64,000 nucleotides of DNA from a virus. Where the stretch lies: positions 32,001 to 96,000 of IMG/VR virus record IMGVR_UViG_3300032298_001038; one strand, written 5' to 3'. The notes under the pieces are model-generated. The model was not told the origin of the DNA and did not search any database. It saw only the letters and a program-made list of their open reading frames with translations. Each line of letters opens with the position of its first letter. The stretch's first letter is position 1. Below are positions 18,665 through 27,936 of this stretch, piece by piece. The translations under genes and the position numbers were made by a program.

Positions 18665-19531
18665 TTATTTGGGGTCATCGGGCAGTTTGAACTCGACTAC
18701 TTCGAAGTCCAAGGCTGCTCCCGTTGTCGCCCGTGCGGCCAGCGCCAGTTCGTACTTCTCGATCTGCGATTCTACCCAATTGGCGTATAAACTGACACGG
18801 GTAAATGCACTTTCGTCGCCATACGTGCCGTCGGGTTTCTTATCAACCGCCATGAGAAAAGAGTTAATACCGGCGAGTTCATTGCCGATAAACATCCCGC
18901 CGCCCGAGTCGCCCGGCGAGATCATAAACTCCAGCGGAAACCGCCCAGCACCCGTGGTGGGCTTGCAGACTAATACCCCACGCTCCGTGCCTTCGACAGC
19001 GTTATGCCCAGCCCGTTTCTTGCCGTCAGAGAGCGTGCAGCCGGTGTGAAACGTGCCCGTCAGGCCGTAGCCGGCAATGGTGATCGCCTTGCCCAGTTCG
19101 TCCTGCTTTTTGTACAGCGCCGGGTAAAAGTCCAGTTTAAAATCCTTGGGCGAGTAGCACAGCGCCAGATCGTAAAAGCCGATGTTATCGCCATTAAATT
19201 CCTTGGGTACGATGACGTCGTTGAGCACGTACACGTCGTCGTTGTCTTTGATCACCGCATGAACCGTGGCGCCTTCGACCACGTGGGCGGCGGTGAGCAC
19301 CCAATTGGGCCTAATGATTACGGCCGACCCGTACTGGACGGCCGGCCGTGTCTTGCCCGTGTCTGTGTCAGGAATCTCGCTAATCGCCCGGTAGCGGACG
19401 ACCGACGGAAACTGCTTGCCAAAATCTTGGTACTTGCTGTCGGGCGTGTTCGGGTCGCGGGTTCCGGCGTGTAGCCCGTCAAGTGCCGACAGAAAAAATA
19501 ACAACGTTGTCAGTAGTGCGCGAATAAACAT
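18665..19531 (-). CDS. Secreted trypsin-like (S1) serine protease
   Basis: Signal peptide; LTAAHV, YDLAL, GDSGGG catalytic triad. Confidence 0.92.
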   Translation of the reverse strand: MFIRALLTTLLFFLSALDGLHAGTRDPNTPDSKYQDFGKQFPSVVRYRAISEIPDTDTGKTRPAVQYGSAVIIRPNWVLTAAHVVEGATVHAVIKDNDDVYVLNDVIVPKEFNGDNIGFYDLALCYSPKDFKLDFYPALYKKQDELGKAITIAGYGLTGTFHTGCTLSDGKKRAGHNAVEGTERGVLVCKPTTGAGRFPLEFMISPGDSGGGMFIGNELAGINSFLMAVDKKPDGTYGDESAFTRVSLYANWVESQIEKYELALAARATTGAALDFEVVEFKLPDDPK

Positions 19532-19607
19532 GCGGCACCTCCATGTGATAGAAAGCCATGGGTCCCGTTGTTTATTTTACTTTCCGCACTCCGCAAATTG
19601 TTAACTT

Positions 19608-20339
19608 TTACAGCCGCCGCAGAATTTGCGCGACCAACGGGTGTCGCACGACGTCTCCGGGGGCGAATTCGTGGACGCCAATGCCCCTGACGCCGCGCAA
19701 CTTATTGACGACTTCGAGCAGGGCCACGCCGTCCGGACGATGGCCGCCGGGAAGATCACTCTGCTGCGGGTCGCCTGTGACGATGACCTTGGTATTGACT
19801 CCGACGCGCGTCAGAAAGAGTTTCAGTTGCGTGTAGTGCGCGTTCTGGGCCTCGTCGAAAATACAGATAGCATTGTTGAACGTCCGGCCGCGCATGTAGC
19901 ACAGCGGCGCGAGCACGACCGCCTTGTTGATCGCCTCGCGGGCCGCTGACTGCTTGCCCAGCATCTCGTCCATCGCGTCGTACAGCGGCTGCATGTACGG
20001 GTTGACTTTCTCGCCGAACGAGCCGGGCAGAAAGCCCAACTTCTCGCCCGCTTCGACGATCGGCCGGGTGAGCACGATCTTCTCGCACTGCTTGGCGAGC
20101 ACCGCTTTGATCGCGTGCGCCATGGCCAGAAACGTCTTGCCCGAACCAGCCGAGCCGAGCAAGAACGTGATGTCGTTTTCTTCGACGAGTTTAACTGCGG
20201 CTTCTTGTGATTTCGTGCGCCAAACAATCTCAACCGACGAAGAAACATTTTGCTCTTGCTTGGTTCTCCGCGTCTGTTTCCGTTGTTCTCGCCGCGCGGC
20301 CTTGTTGGCTTTGCTGGCGACACGTTTGGCCATGGTCAC
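19608..20339 (-). CDS. phoH: PhoH-like ATPase
   Basis: GSAGSGKT, LTRP.VEAGEKLGFLPG, YMRGRT, DEAQN, GD..QSD, VVRHPLV. Confidence 0.95.
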   Translation of the reverse strand: MTMAKRVASKANKAARREQRKQTRRTKQEQNVSSSVEIVWRTKSQEAAVKLVEENDITFLLGSAGSGKTFLAMAHAIKAVLAKQCEKIVLTRPIVEAGEKLGFLPGSFGEKVNPYMQPLYDAMDEMLGKQSAAREAINKAVVLAPLCYMRGRTFNNAICIFDEAQNAHYTQLKLFLTRVGVNTKVIVTGDPQQSDLPGGHRPDGVALLEVVNKLRGVRGIGVHEFAPGDVVRHPLVAQILRRL

Positions 20340-20368
20340 GCCATCCGGGTTGTAAAACTAGTAGCAAA

Positions 20369-21163
20369 TCAGTGCTGCGTGCGTTGCGCCAGTTGGGCGC
20401 CAAAATCCTGTGCGGCCGACATCTTGCCGAAGTGGTCCATGGCTGCGCCGCCCAGACCACCAGCAATGCCGCCCATGCCAGCGCCGCGAAGAGCGCCAGA
20501 CAGCATGCCTCGGCTGCGCTTGCGGACGTTGCCGTCCTCGTCTTCGTACTCTTCTTCGCCGGGCATCATCGCGCCAGCCAGACCACCAAGGCCGGCACCG
20601 AGCAAACCGCCACCAACAGCGCTGCCAAAGCCCTGTGCGGTCTGCGGGTTCATGCCGACAGCCCCGCCCAGCGCGCCGCCAAGACGTTGTAACCCGCCAC
20701 CGATGTACGGCAGTGCGCCGCCAGCAACACCTGCCGCGCTGGTCGCCAGTCCGACCGGGTGCATCATGTACGAGCCAACGCCTTTTTGGCCCACGAGCAT
20801 ACGCGGCACTAAGTTCTTCCATGTCTTCGTCGCGTTGTTGGCGACGCTGGGCAGAATACCTGTAGTCGCGACGGCCTTGGTGCCCTGCCAGAGTTTGTTG
20901 GCGTTGCTTACTAACGACTTGCCGCCGAGACGCCACAGGCCACGGGCAAGCGCACCGTACGCTTCTTTTTCAAGACCATTATCTTCTGCGTGCACACGAG
21001 CAACCATGGCAACTTTACGCTGAAACTCGTCTTGGCTGAGCCGCTTGTGCGCCGTCGAGATCATCTTCGGCTTGATGTCGCTCGTACCCTCGCCAGCGTC
21101 GTGGACTTGCATCTTCGGCGCAGTGGTTTCGGGCGGGCAGCAGTTCTTTGTTTCGTTGCTCAT
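20369..21163 (-). CDS. Gly-zipper putative virion protein
   Basis: 264 aa; LEKEAY, GKMSA motifs; Gly-rich helices. Confidence 0.75.
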   Translation of the reverse strand: MSNETKNCCPPETTAPKMQVHDAGEGTSDIKPKMISTAHKRLSQDEFQRKVAMVARVHAEDNGLEKEAYGALARGLWRLGGKSLVSNANKLWQGTKAVATTGILPSVANNATKTWKNLVPRMLVGQKGVGSYMMHPVGLATSAAGVAGGALPYIGGGLQRLGGALGGAVGMNPQTAQGFGSAVGGGLLGAGLGGLAGAMMPGEEEYEDEDGNVRKRSRGMLSGALRGAGMGGIAGGLGGAAMDHFGKMSAAQDFGAQLAQRTQH

Positions 21164-21198
21164 GGTCGTTCCTTTTGATAGTTAAATGCGCCCGTGAT

Positions 21199-23904
21199 TT
21201 ACATCACGCGGGCGCCCATTGTGGAGTTGAAGTTCGTGGGGCCTTGGCTCAGTCCGGCCGCGGGAGACGCCGACGGCATCGGCCCGGGCGCCGGAGACTG
21301 GACCGGCATCGAGTTCTGTAATGCAGGCGCCGGAGGGACACTGGCGCCCATTGTCGCGCTGGCATCCGCCGGGCCTTGCGGAATTACCGGCGATTGCGGT
21401 GCAGGATTCTTCGCGGCTTCAGCCTTGGCGGCCTCGACCAAGTCAGGCTGCATTGTCGCGTCGGTTGAAATACCCTTTTCAGGAGACCCGGCGCCTTGCT
21501 GTTTCGAGGCCAGATGCGCCTCTAACAGCGCACGAATCTTATCGCCGCCGAAGTAGCCAGCCGCACCGCCAGCCGCCCCGCCGACGGCCGCGCCACCAGC
21601 CAAGCCACGCAGCGCGCCCATCAAACGAGACCGACGCTTACGCCGGCCAGTCATCGGGTCTGTTTCGTGTCCCGGAGCCAGCGCGCCAAACAACGCACCG
21701 CCAGCGCCGAGCGCGGCGGCACCCGCACCTGCACCAAGGCCAGCGTCGCCCAAGTTGGCTGTCTTTACTTCAGGCTTTTTCTTCTTGGCGTCGTTCTTGC
21801 CAGCACGGCTTCCCAGATACGCGGCGCCACCAAGGAGACCTGCTGTTCCCAGACCAGCCGCAGCATACGGCGTGTACTTCGAGTTCATGATCTGCTGGAG
21901 CATTCCCGGCTCATCGCGCAGCGCCATATTTCCCAGCGCGCCAAACAACGCACCGCCAGCACCAGCAGCGCCTACGCCGCCTGTGATCTTGGCCCATTGC
22001 GGCAGCGCGTTCAGGCCTTCAGCAGCCCGACCGGCGTAACCCTTCGCGGCGTCTAACCCAGTGGTTGCAGCGCCAGAAGCGTTACGCCCCAGCCGTTGCA
22101 GCCGCGCCATCATGCGGAGATACGTGCTGATGGCCTGCTTTTCCATCGGATTGTTCGTGGCCTTCGTCAACGCGTACCAGTTCATACTTGCAGCCTTGGG
22201 CATCTCGTAGTCTCCTTCGTCTTCTTCACGTTGCGGGCGCTTCTTTTTCTTGTTACGGCGCGATAAATAATCAGCCAACGCAATGGCACCCAAACCACCG
22301 GCGCCAATCGCCGCATAGGGAGCGTAGGGCTTAAGTTGGTCGAGCATGGACGGCGGCGGGGGAGCGTCGGGCTTGAGCCACTTGAGCAAGTTACTGCCCG
22401 CGCCCATGCCAGCCCCCACAGCGTCCTGACCCTTCTGGCCAATGAAACTCAGCGCACTGCCGATGCCCTTACCGGCACCGATGCCCATGCGCTTGGCGGT
22501 ATCGAGGTTCTTGTTGAAGTACTCCCAATACACCTTGTCGTTCAGTTTTTCTTCCGCCGAACGGGGCCGAGAGACAGCCCCAGTGCCAGACGACGCCGAC
22601 ATGTCGGGGATCATCGCCGGCGGACGCCACTTGCCGCCGCCACTTGCAGCCGGAGCACCAGCAGGAGCCGGCGCATCAGCCATGTTGATTGGCAGGCCAG
22701 TCGTGGGCGAGATCGGCATGCTGGCGCTCGACGGGTCAAAGCCCGGAGGCGCGCTCATGGCCAGACCGGGCGAGGGCGGAATGCTTGCGCCCATCGTGGC
22801 ACTGGTGTTCAAGTCAGCATGCTTCTTGAGCAGTTCAGCGTAAGCCGCCATCTTCTCGGCCAGCGTCAGCGTTGTGTTATTTAAAAGCGCGTGGGCTTCC
22901 TTCTTTTTCGTCGCAGGAATGTTACCGTCTTCGTCTTCTGCCGGACCCACAAGCGCGTCGGCTAACGCTTTGCCGCCAGCGTGACCAGCCATGCCGCCGA
23001 ACGTGCCACCCACGCCGGCGCCCAGCGTCGCAGCATTACCGACGTTCGACAAACCTTGGTAACTCTTCGGCGCGCCGGTCAGGCCGATGACGGCGCCGCC
23101 ACCAAGACCAGCACCCACGGGAAGTCCGGCGCCAATGCCGAGTCCAGTTCCGGCGCCCATGAGCATTCCGCGGGCCATGCCGCGCAGTTTGTTCTTGGAG
23201 GTAACCGCGCCAGCAGCACCACCCACTGCGCTCCCGAGAACGCCAGTGCGCAAAAGGTAATTCAGCAGCAATTGGGTTTCGGGTTTCATCGCCTGCTTCT
23301 CGTTCTCGCTCATGGAAACATCCTTGTTAATACTCGATGATTTGTGTCGTTCATTATAGCGGGCACGTGCATCCGCCATATCAGAAGTTCGCTTACTAAA
23401 ACGTTCCGTGGGCCTGTAATATCTGGCCCGCGCGGTGGCTACGATCTTGTTGTTATCCCAGCCCAGAAAGTCGGCTTGGTACTGCGGGTCGGCTTCTAAG
23501 TCTCGCTTCGCGGCGCCCTCGGGCATTCTCCGCATGAGTTCTTCTAAACCTTCGTTCTTGGCTTCTCGGTCCATGCCGGCTGCAATGGCGGCCAAGCCAC
23601 CGGCGCCCAAGCCGCCGATCAGCGCGCCCATTCCCGAGTAACCTTTGCCGTCTGAACCGTGTGCAGTACCACCGATTGCGCTGCCGATTCCAGCCCCAAG
23701 TAACCCCGCCGGCACGCCAAAGATCAGGCCAGTCTTCAGGGGGCTGGCCATGAGGTCGGGAATCGGCGTCCCGTAACTCTGGAAGATGCGCGGCAGCCAG
23801 CGTTTCTTGCCGGCTTCCAGTGCGTCCTCCTCGTGGGGCGCTAACGTTCGGTGCGCCGAGATGTCAGGAATACCGCTCTCGGCACGTTTAATTTTCTCAC
23901 TCAT
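21199..23904 (-). CDS. Large Gly-zipper putative virion polyprotein
   Basis: 901 aa; repeated Gly-zipper modules separated by EKQAM, KKEAH, EKMAA, KKHAD, PKAAS, EKQAI, VKTAN. Confidence 0.78.
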   Translation of the reverse strand: MSEKIKRAESGIPDISAHRTLAPHEEDALEAGKKRWLPRIFQSYGTPIPDLMASPLKTGLIFGVPAGLLGAGIGSAIGGTAHGSDGKGYSGMGALIGGLGAGGLAAIAAGMDREAKNEGLEELMRRMPEGAAKRDLEADPQYQADFLGWDNNKIVATARARYYRPTERFSKRTSDMADARARYNERHKSSSINKDVSMSENEKQAMKPETQLLLNYLLRTGVLGSAVGGAAGAVTSKNKLRGMARGMLMGAGTGLGIGAGLPVGAGLGGGAVIGLTGAPKSYQGLSNVGNAATLGAGVGGTFGGMAGHAGGKALADALVGPAEDEDGNIPATKKKEAHALLNNTTLTLAEKMAAYAELLKKHADLNTSATMGASIPPSPGLAMSAPPGFDPSSASMPISPTTGLPINMADAPAPAGAPAASGGGKWRPPAMIPDMSASSGTGAVSRPRSAEEKLNDKVYWEYFNKNLDTAKRMGIGAGKGIGSALSFIGQKGQDAVGAGMGAGSNLLKWLKPDAPPPPSMLDQLKPYAPYAAIGAGGLGAIALADYLSRRNKKKKRPQREEDEGDYEMPKAASMNWYALTKATNNPMEKQAISTYLRMMARLQRLGRNASGAATTGLDAAKGYAGRAAEGLNALPQWAKITGGVGAAGAGGALFGALGNMALRDEPGMLQQIMNSKYTPYAAAGLGTAGLLGGAAYLGSRAGKNDAKKKKPEVKTANLGDAGLGAGAGAAALGAGGALFGALAPGHETDPMTGRRKRRSRLMGALRGLAGGAAVGGAAGGAAGYFGGDKIRALLEAHLASKQQGAGSPEKGISTDATMQPDLVEAAKAEAAKNPAPQSPVIPQGPADASATMGASVPPAPALQNSMPVQSPAPGPMPSASPAAGLSQGPTNFNSTMGARVM

Positions 23905-23952
23905 GTGTGCGCCGTCCGTGGCTGCAAGACCGAAGAAAGTCCGGCGGGAAGA

Positions 23953-24348
23953 CTAGCCCTTGCCGAACAAGAATTTATCGATCTCTGGATTATAACGCGA
24001 GACCACTTGGCCCGCATAGTTCGCTAAAGCACCCGTGCCGGCGCCAATACTTCCCTGCTGGAGCGCCCCAAGCCACGGTTTAATTTTCTTCTTGGAGATC
24101 ACGCGGCCTTCGTCGTCCAAGGTCTCGTTATACCCGGGAAACATGTAGCCCTTCACGCTGCCGATTGTGCCGCCCACGCCCGCCGCAATCAGGGCTTGGC
24201 GGAGAGATTTATAGTCCGCGGGAAGCCGGGCCGCGCCTTCGTTATCGAACAAGCCGGCCAAGATGCGCGGCGCGTCAAACGGTGACAGGCTGGCGACCTT
24301 TTCGCCGAACAACCGGGCCGCATTTTTTTTGCTATCAGAAGCCAGCAT
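23953..24348 (-). CDS. Gly-zipper putative virion protein
   Basis: 131 aa; KKNAARLFGEKVAS. Confidence 0.72.
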   Translation of the reverse strand: MLASDSKKNAARLFGEKVASLSPFDAPRILAGLFDNEGAARLPADYKSLRQALIAAGVGGTIGSVKGYMFPGYNETLDDEGRVISKKKIKPWLGALQQGSIGAGTGALANYAGQVVSRYNPEIDKFLFGKG

Positions 24349-24353
24349 AGTGA

Positions 24354-24986
24354 TTACATTCCGGCCGCGCGGCGAAGGGCGTCAAACTGGTCCCACGAAT
24401 CAGTCAGGCCCTTCCACTCGGCGGGGTTTAAGTCGCTGAACCCCACGGGCTTGACGCGCGGGACTTTCAATGTGCCCTCGGCCATGCGTTGGGCGCCGAT
24501 CGAGTTCGTAACAAGTTCTTTAATCTTGTTGCCTTGCTGGCCAAAAAACTTGCTCACGTCACCGAAAGATTCGGGGTTTATAGTCCGTGCGGCCGTGTCG
24601 CCGATCGTCCGCAGGCTATTGCGCGTATGGTTGGCGACGTAGCGCGCAGCATCAGCGCCAGCGCCGGTAGCGTTCTGGAAGCCGCCATGGACAGCCTGCA
24701 CAGCCTCGTCGGCTTGGCTTCCAATCTGGCCCAGATACTTCGTGGCAAGGTCTTTGATCTTGGACTGGTTTACGGCCTTCGCAGCCGCGGTCATGCTAAA
24801 CGGCACAGGCATTGGAGGTGGCGGCCTGCGCATCATCTTCGCAACACCGCCGAATGCTTTCCCCAGCGCCGGAGCAGCCCGAGCAGCCATCGCCAACGGA
24901 TTCGCCTGCTTCTCGGTCGTACTCACAGTGTTAGCCACATACTCGCCGAACATGTGGGCCGCGGTTTTGTTATCAAAGGCCATCAC
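24354..24986 (-). CDS. Putative virion protein
   Basis: 210 aa; NKTAAHMFGEYVA, EKQAN. Confidence 0.72.
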   Translation of the reverse strand: MMAFDNKTAAHMFGEYVANTVSTTEKQANPLAMAARAAPALGKAFGGVAKMMRRPPPPMPVPFSMTAAAKAVNQSKIKDLATKYLGQIGSQADEAVQAVHGGFQNATGAGADAARYVANHTRNSLRTIGDTAARTINPESFGDVSKFFGQQGNKIKELVTNSIGAQRMAEGTLKVPRVKPVGFSDLNPAEWKGLTDSWDQFDALRRAAGM

Positions 24987-25009
24987 TTGAATTCCTTGAA
25001 GTTGACGTG

Positions 25010-25052
25010 CTGCCTAATTGGCATCTGGCTTTGCTTTGTGCCAATTAGGCAG
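25010..25052. promoter_or_regulatory. Perfect 14-bp intergenic inverted repeat
   Basis: CTGCCTAATTGGCA-N15-TGCCAATTAGGCAG between two genes; no U-tract. Confidence 0.5.
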
Positions 25053-25063
25053 ATGAGATTTAG

Positions 25064-26803
25064 TTATTTGGGGCCGGGAAAAAGGGACTGCCCAACAGCG
25101 CCACGAGTGCCGCCAAGCAGGGCTGAACGCACAGTGGGCGCGCCGCCACCAGCAGCCGGCGTCACATTAGTTTGGCCGCGGCCCATGAGTTGGTTCATCG
25201 CTGTCGTGCCTCGTTGCACGCGCTGCTGGTACGCCTGTGTCTGCTGCGGGCCGACGAGGTTCCCTAACTGCACGCGCGGGTCATTGGGGTTGGTAGTCGG
25301 CCCCAGAGCAAACGGCGCCGCGGCCAACTTCAGGCCGAACTCCATCGCGCTGGAGCACTTGCAGTTCCACTTGCGCAGGGACTTGTTAATCCGCGAATCA
25401 GGGTCGGACTTCGTCTTGGCGCCGGTGTTCACGCGCTTCATGCCGCACATGCGTGAGCAGAACGAATTCTGGCGCTTCTTCGCCTCGCCCTTGGGGTTCT
25501 TCTGGGTCACAGGAGCCTTGAGATTCCCACCGTGCTCGCGCTCGTAACTCTTGCGCCCCTTCTCGTTCAGGCCGCCTGCTTCGTTCTTGCCCTCACTTCT
25601 TTGCCATGCCGGCGTGCCTGCTTCCTTCTCGCTCTTGCTCTCGTCTTTCTTCTTCTTCTTTTTGCCGCTTCCTACGGGCCGGCAGGAGTCTTCGCTAAAG
25701 GGTTTCTTGCCCGGCACCGGCTCGTATCCAGCCCAGCAACGCGCGATCTTCATGACATATTCAGCGCTGTACTTTTCCATCACGGCGACTTTCTTTTCAG
25801 AGGGTTTGTAGCACGACCCGCCCGGCTTTCGGCACGAGCAGGACTGGGAGCATTTGCAGGTCTGGACCGTATCGCCGCAGCCACACGAGCAGGGCATATG
25901 CTTGTCAGTTTTGCTATCAGAACTCGCGGCTTTACGCCCGGCAAGTTCTTCTTCAAACTCTTCGCTGTAATAGTCTACATCCAGCGGGTCGACAGTGTTA
26001 AGGTCCATGAGTTTGGTCAGGGCTTCGCTGCGGGTGGCGTGTTTTATTACTTCAGCCGTCTTGGAACTGTCGGGGCTATTCTTGGCGCCGAACGCTGCAT
26101 TCCCGTTGATTACCCCTGTCGTCGAGAGCGCGCCGAACGCATTAATCGGGTTGAATTGTGGATGCGACCCGCCACCGACAGGTCGCGTGGGATACTGGTT
26201 ATTGGGCTGAGATTGCTGGGATTGCGCCGGTGCTTGGGCCAGTCCCATCGGCGGGAGAATATTAACACCCCCGACAGGGTATTGTTTAATTCCGCGGTTT
26301 CGGCCAATTCTGCGCGCCACACGTCCCTCGCGCTCAGCCCTCATGTTCTCCAGCGTTTGTTCAATATGCGGCGACAGGACCACAGAAAGTTTCGTCAGCA
26401 AATCATTTATAGCGTTTTTGGGTTTATCCCCACACCCTTCGCCCACGTTCATGCCTGTAGGAATCTCGCTTGAAATCTGTCCTTTTGCGCGCTCTTCCCC
26501 TGCATAAACCGGCTTGGAACTGTGGGGGATGTCTACGCGTTCTTGCTTGGAATCAGCGGTCTTATCAGTTTTGCTCATGGTAGTATTAGCAATATCGATA
26601 CGGCTAGACTTACAATTATTCACATATCTGTTAACAAAAGTTAAAGCAGCCGTATATGCGCTTTTCTCCGTAGTATCGTCTTTGGCTTTATTTGCGTACA
26701 TCGGGAGTTTCTTTTTGGTGGGATACTCGTGTGCCCAGCGCTTGGCTATCTCAGGATGTTCGGCCCAGAGAAACCGGCGTTGTTTTTCTGACTTAAAGGG
26801 CAT
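25064..26803 (-). CDS. Mosaic basic protein of small K-x-A-delimited modules (putative internal head protein)
   Basis: Start refined to MPFKSEKQRRFLW; Cys-rich CSCGCG module, CWAGYEP module, GTPAWQRSEGK...SFCSRM...RKWNC (DUF6321-like, from memory). Confidence 0.78.
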   Translation of the reverse strand: MPFKSEKQRRFLWAEHPEIAKRWAHEYPTKKKLPMYANKAKDDTTEKSAYTAALTFVNRYVNNCKSSRIDIANTTMSKTDKTADSKQERVDIPHSSKPVYAGEERAKGQISSEIPTGMNVGEGCGDKPKNAINDLLTKLSVVLSPHIEQTLENMRAEREGRVARRIGRNRGIKQYPVGGVNILPPMGLAQAPAQSQQSQPNNQYPTRPVGGGSHPQFNPINAFGALSTTGVINGNAAFGAKNSPDSSKTAEVIKHATRSEALTKLMDLNTVDPLDVDYYSEEFEEELAGRKAASSDSKTDKHMPCSCGCGDTVQTCKCSQSCSCRKPGGSCYKPSEKKVAVMEKYSAEYVMKIARCWAGYEPVPGKKPFSEDSCRPVGSGKKKKKKDESKSEKEAGTPAWQRSEGKNEAGGLNEKGRKSYEREHGGNLKAPVTQKNPKGEAKKRQNSFCSRMCGMKRVNTGAKTKSDPDSRINKSLRKWNCKCSSAMEFGLKLAAAPFALGPTTNPNDPRVQLGNLVGPQQTQAYQQRVQRGTTAMNQLMGRGQTNVTPAAGGGAPTVRSALLGGTRGAVGQSLFPGPK

Positions 26804-27005
26804 GCGGTTATCCCGTCGTATGTCCACCAGAAATGCAATGTACACCCGGGCAGTGTATATGCGCCAACGAGTGTAGCGTCAGCCGGTAGAGAAATATGCT
26901 GTTTTTCCCAAGCATGGATGTATCGGGTATTTTCGCAAAAGTGGGCTGAGAGGTAAAGGGCTTTGTTATTTATGTCGGGAACAGGGGATATGCGCTCTGA
27001 TATCT

Positions 27006-27105
27006 AAAAGAAACACGCGGTGGTCCGGGTGATTAGGCCCGGACTACCTGTGTTCCTTTTAAAGGTACGCTGGTCAGGCCTAAAGCCCGACCGCGTACCT
27101 TTTTT
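27006..27105. terminator. Two tandem hairpins with flanking T/A tracts at the cassette-region boundary
   Basis: GGTGGTCCGGG/CCCGGACTACC (27019-27048) and AAAGGTACGC/GCGTACCTTT (27061-27102). Confidence 0.65.
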
Positions 27106-27106
27106 G

Positions 27107-27742
27107 TTACAGCCCGACGAGGAAGCCCTGAGCGGCAGCCAGCAGGGGTTCGTGGGAAATCTCGTCCAGATGGTGCATTGCCTGAATCTGCATTTGCACT
27201 CCCATCTGCCGGAAGAACGAATGCCAGAAGCCGCCCGTGATGGGGTTCTTCGGCATGGCTTTCCCGACCGTCTCAATGAACAGGCCGGCGAGTTTGACCC
27301 TCACCGCCTGCTCGTCCATCGACAGGTCGTTCCAGCCCGTCATGTTCCCGATAGCATTGGCGAACTTGATGTGCGCCAAGTCGCCGTCGCCACTGTCCTG
27401 TTCTTCAGCCTCCATCAACGGCGCACGGTTGATGGTGGTGTGGGTCTCAGCCGCGGGAGCCTTGTTCGCCCACGCAGTCGCAATCACTGAGACAGCGACG
27501 GCGAGTAGCACGAACGGCACGAAACCCTTCACGCGGTCCGGGGCCGAGCGGCAGACGGCACACCCGGCCATCCACAGAAAGCACGCCGCACCGAACGCGC
27601 CGAGCGCCATGACCACGTAGGACACGGCGACTTGTGCCGGAGTGCTCGCCGTCAGAAAGCACTCCTGATAAAACCCCACCACGCCATACCCGAGCATGAA
27701 GCCTCCGAGGGTACGCATGGCGGCAACAATCGTGTTCTTCAT
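27107..27742 (-). CDS. Cassette gene: membrane protein
   Basis: 211 aa, three N-terminal TM helices, GGAG RBS. Confidence 0.75.
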   Translation of the reverse strand: MKNTIVAAMRTLGGFMLGYGVVGFYQECFLTASTPAQVAVSYVVMALGAFGAACFLWMAGCAVCRSAPDRVKGFVPFVLLAVAVSVIATAWANKAPAAETHTTINRAPLMEAEEQDSGDGDLAHIKFANAIGNMTGWNDLSMDEQAVRVKLAGLFIETVGKAMPKNPITGGFWHSFFRQMGVQMQIQAMHHLDEISHEPLLAAAQGFLVGL

Positions 27743-27836
27743 GATAGAACTCCATTGTTAGGGAAGCGTACGAACCCCAACACGACTACCCCACCCTTAT
27801 TAACCCTGTGTTAACAAGAGACGGTACGCTTATTAG

Positions 27837-27864
27837 ATATGCCCGTATATGCGCAAATATTAAG
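27837..27864 (-). promoter_or_regulatory. Phage promoter CTTAAT-N16-GCATAT
   Basis: One-mismatch copy of a motif found nine times with a 16-nt spacer. Confidence 0.7.
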
Positions 27865-27936
27865 TCGGGCTTTGATATCTAAAAACAAGCGCCCAACCCC
27901 GGGGGCGCTTGTGGCCCCCGGGGACAGACACCACGA

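Noticed and set aside
23932-23944. GAAGAAAGTCCGG resembling RNase P RNA CR-I
   Set aside because: Lies in a 48-bp gap on the non-coding strand; the other conserved regions would fall inside coding genes and were not seen.
26857-26993. Three isolated ATATGC hexamers as additional promoters
   Set aside because: None has an ATTTAG-like partner at the 16-nt spacing found in the nine accepted copies.
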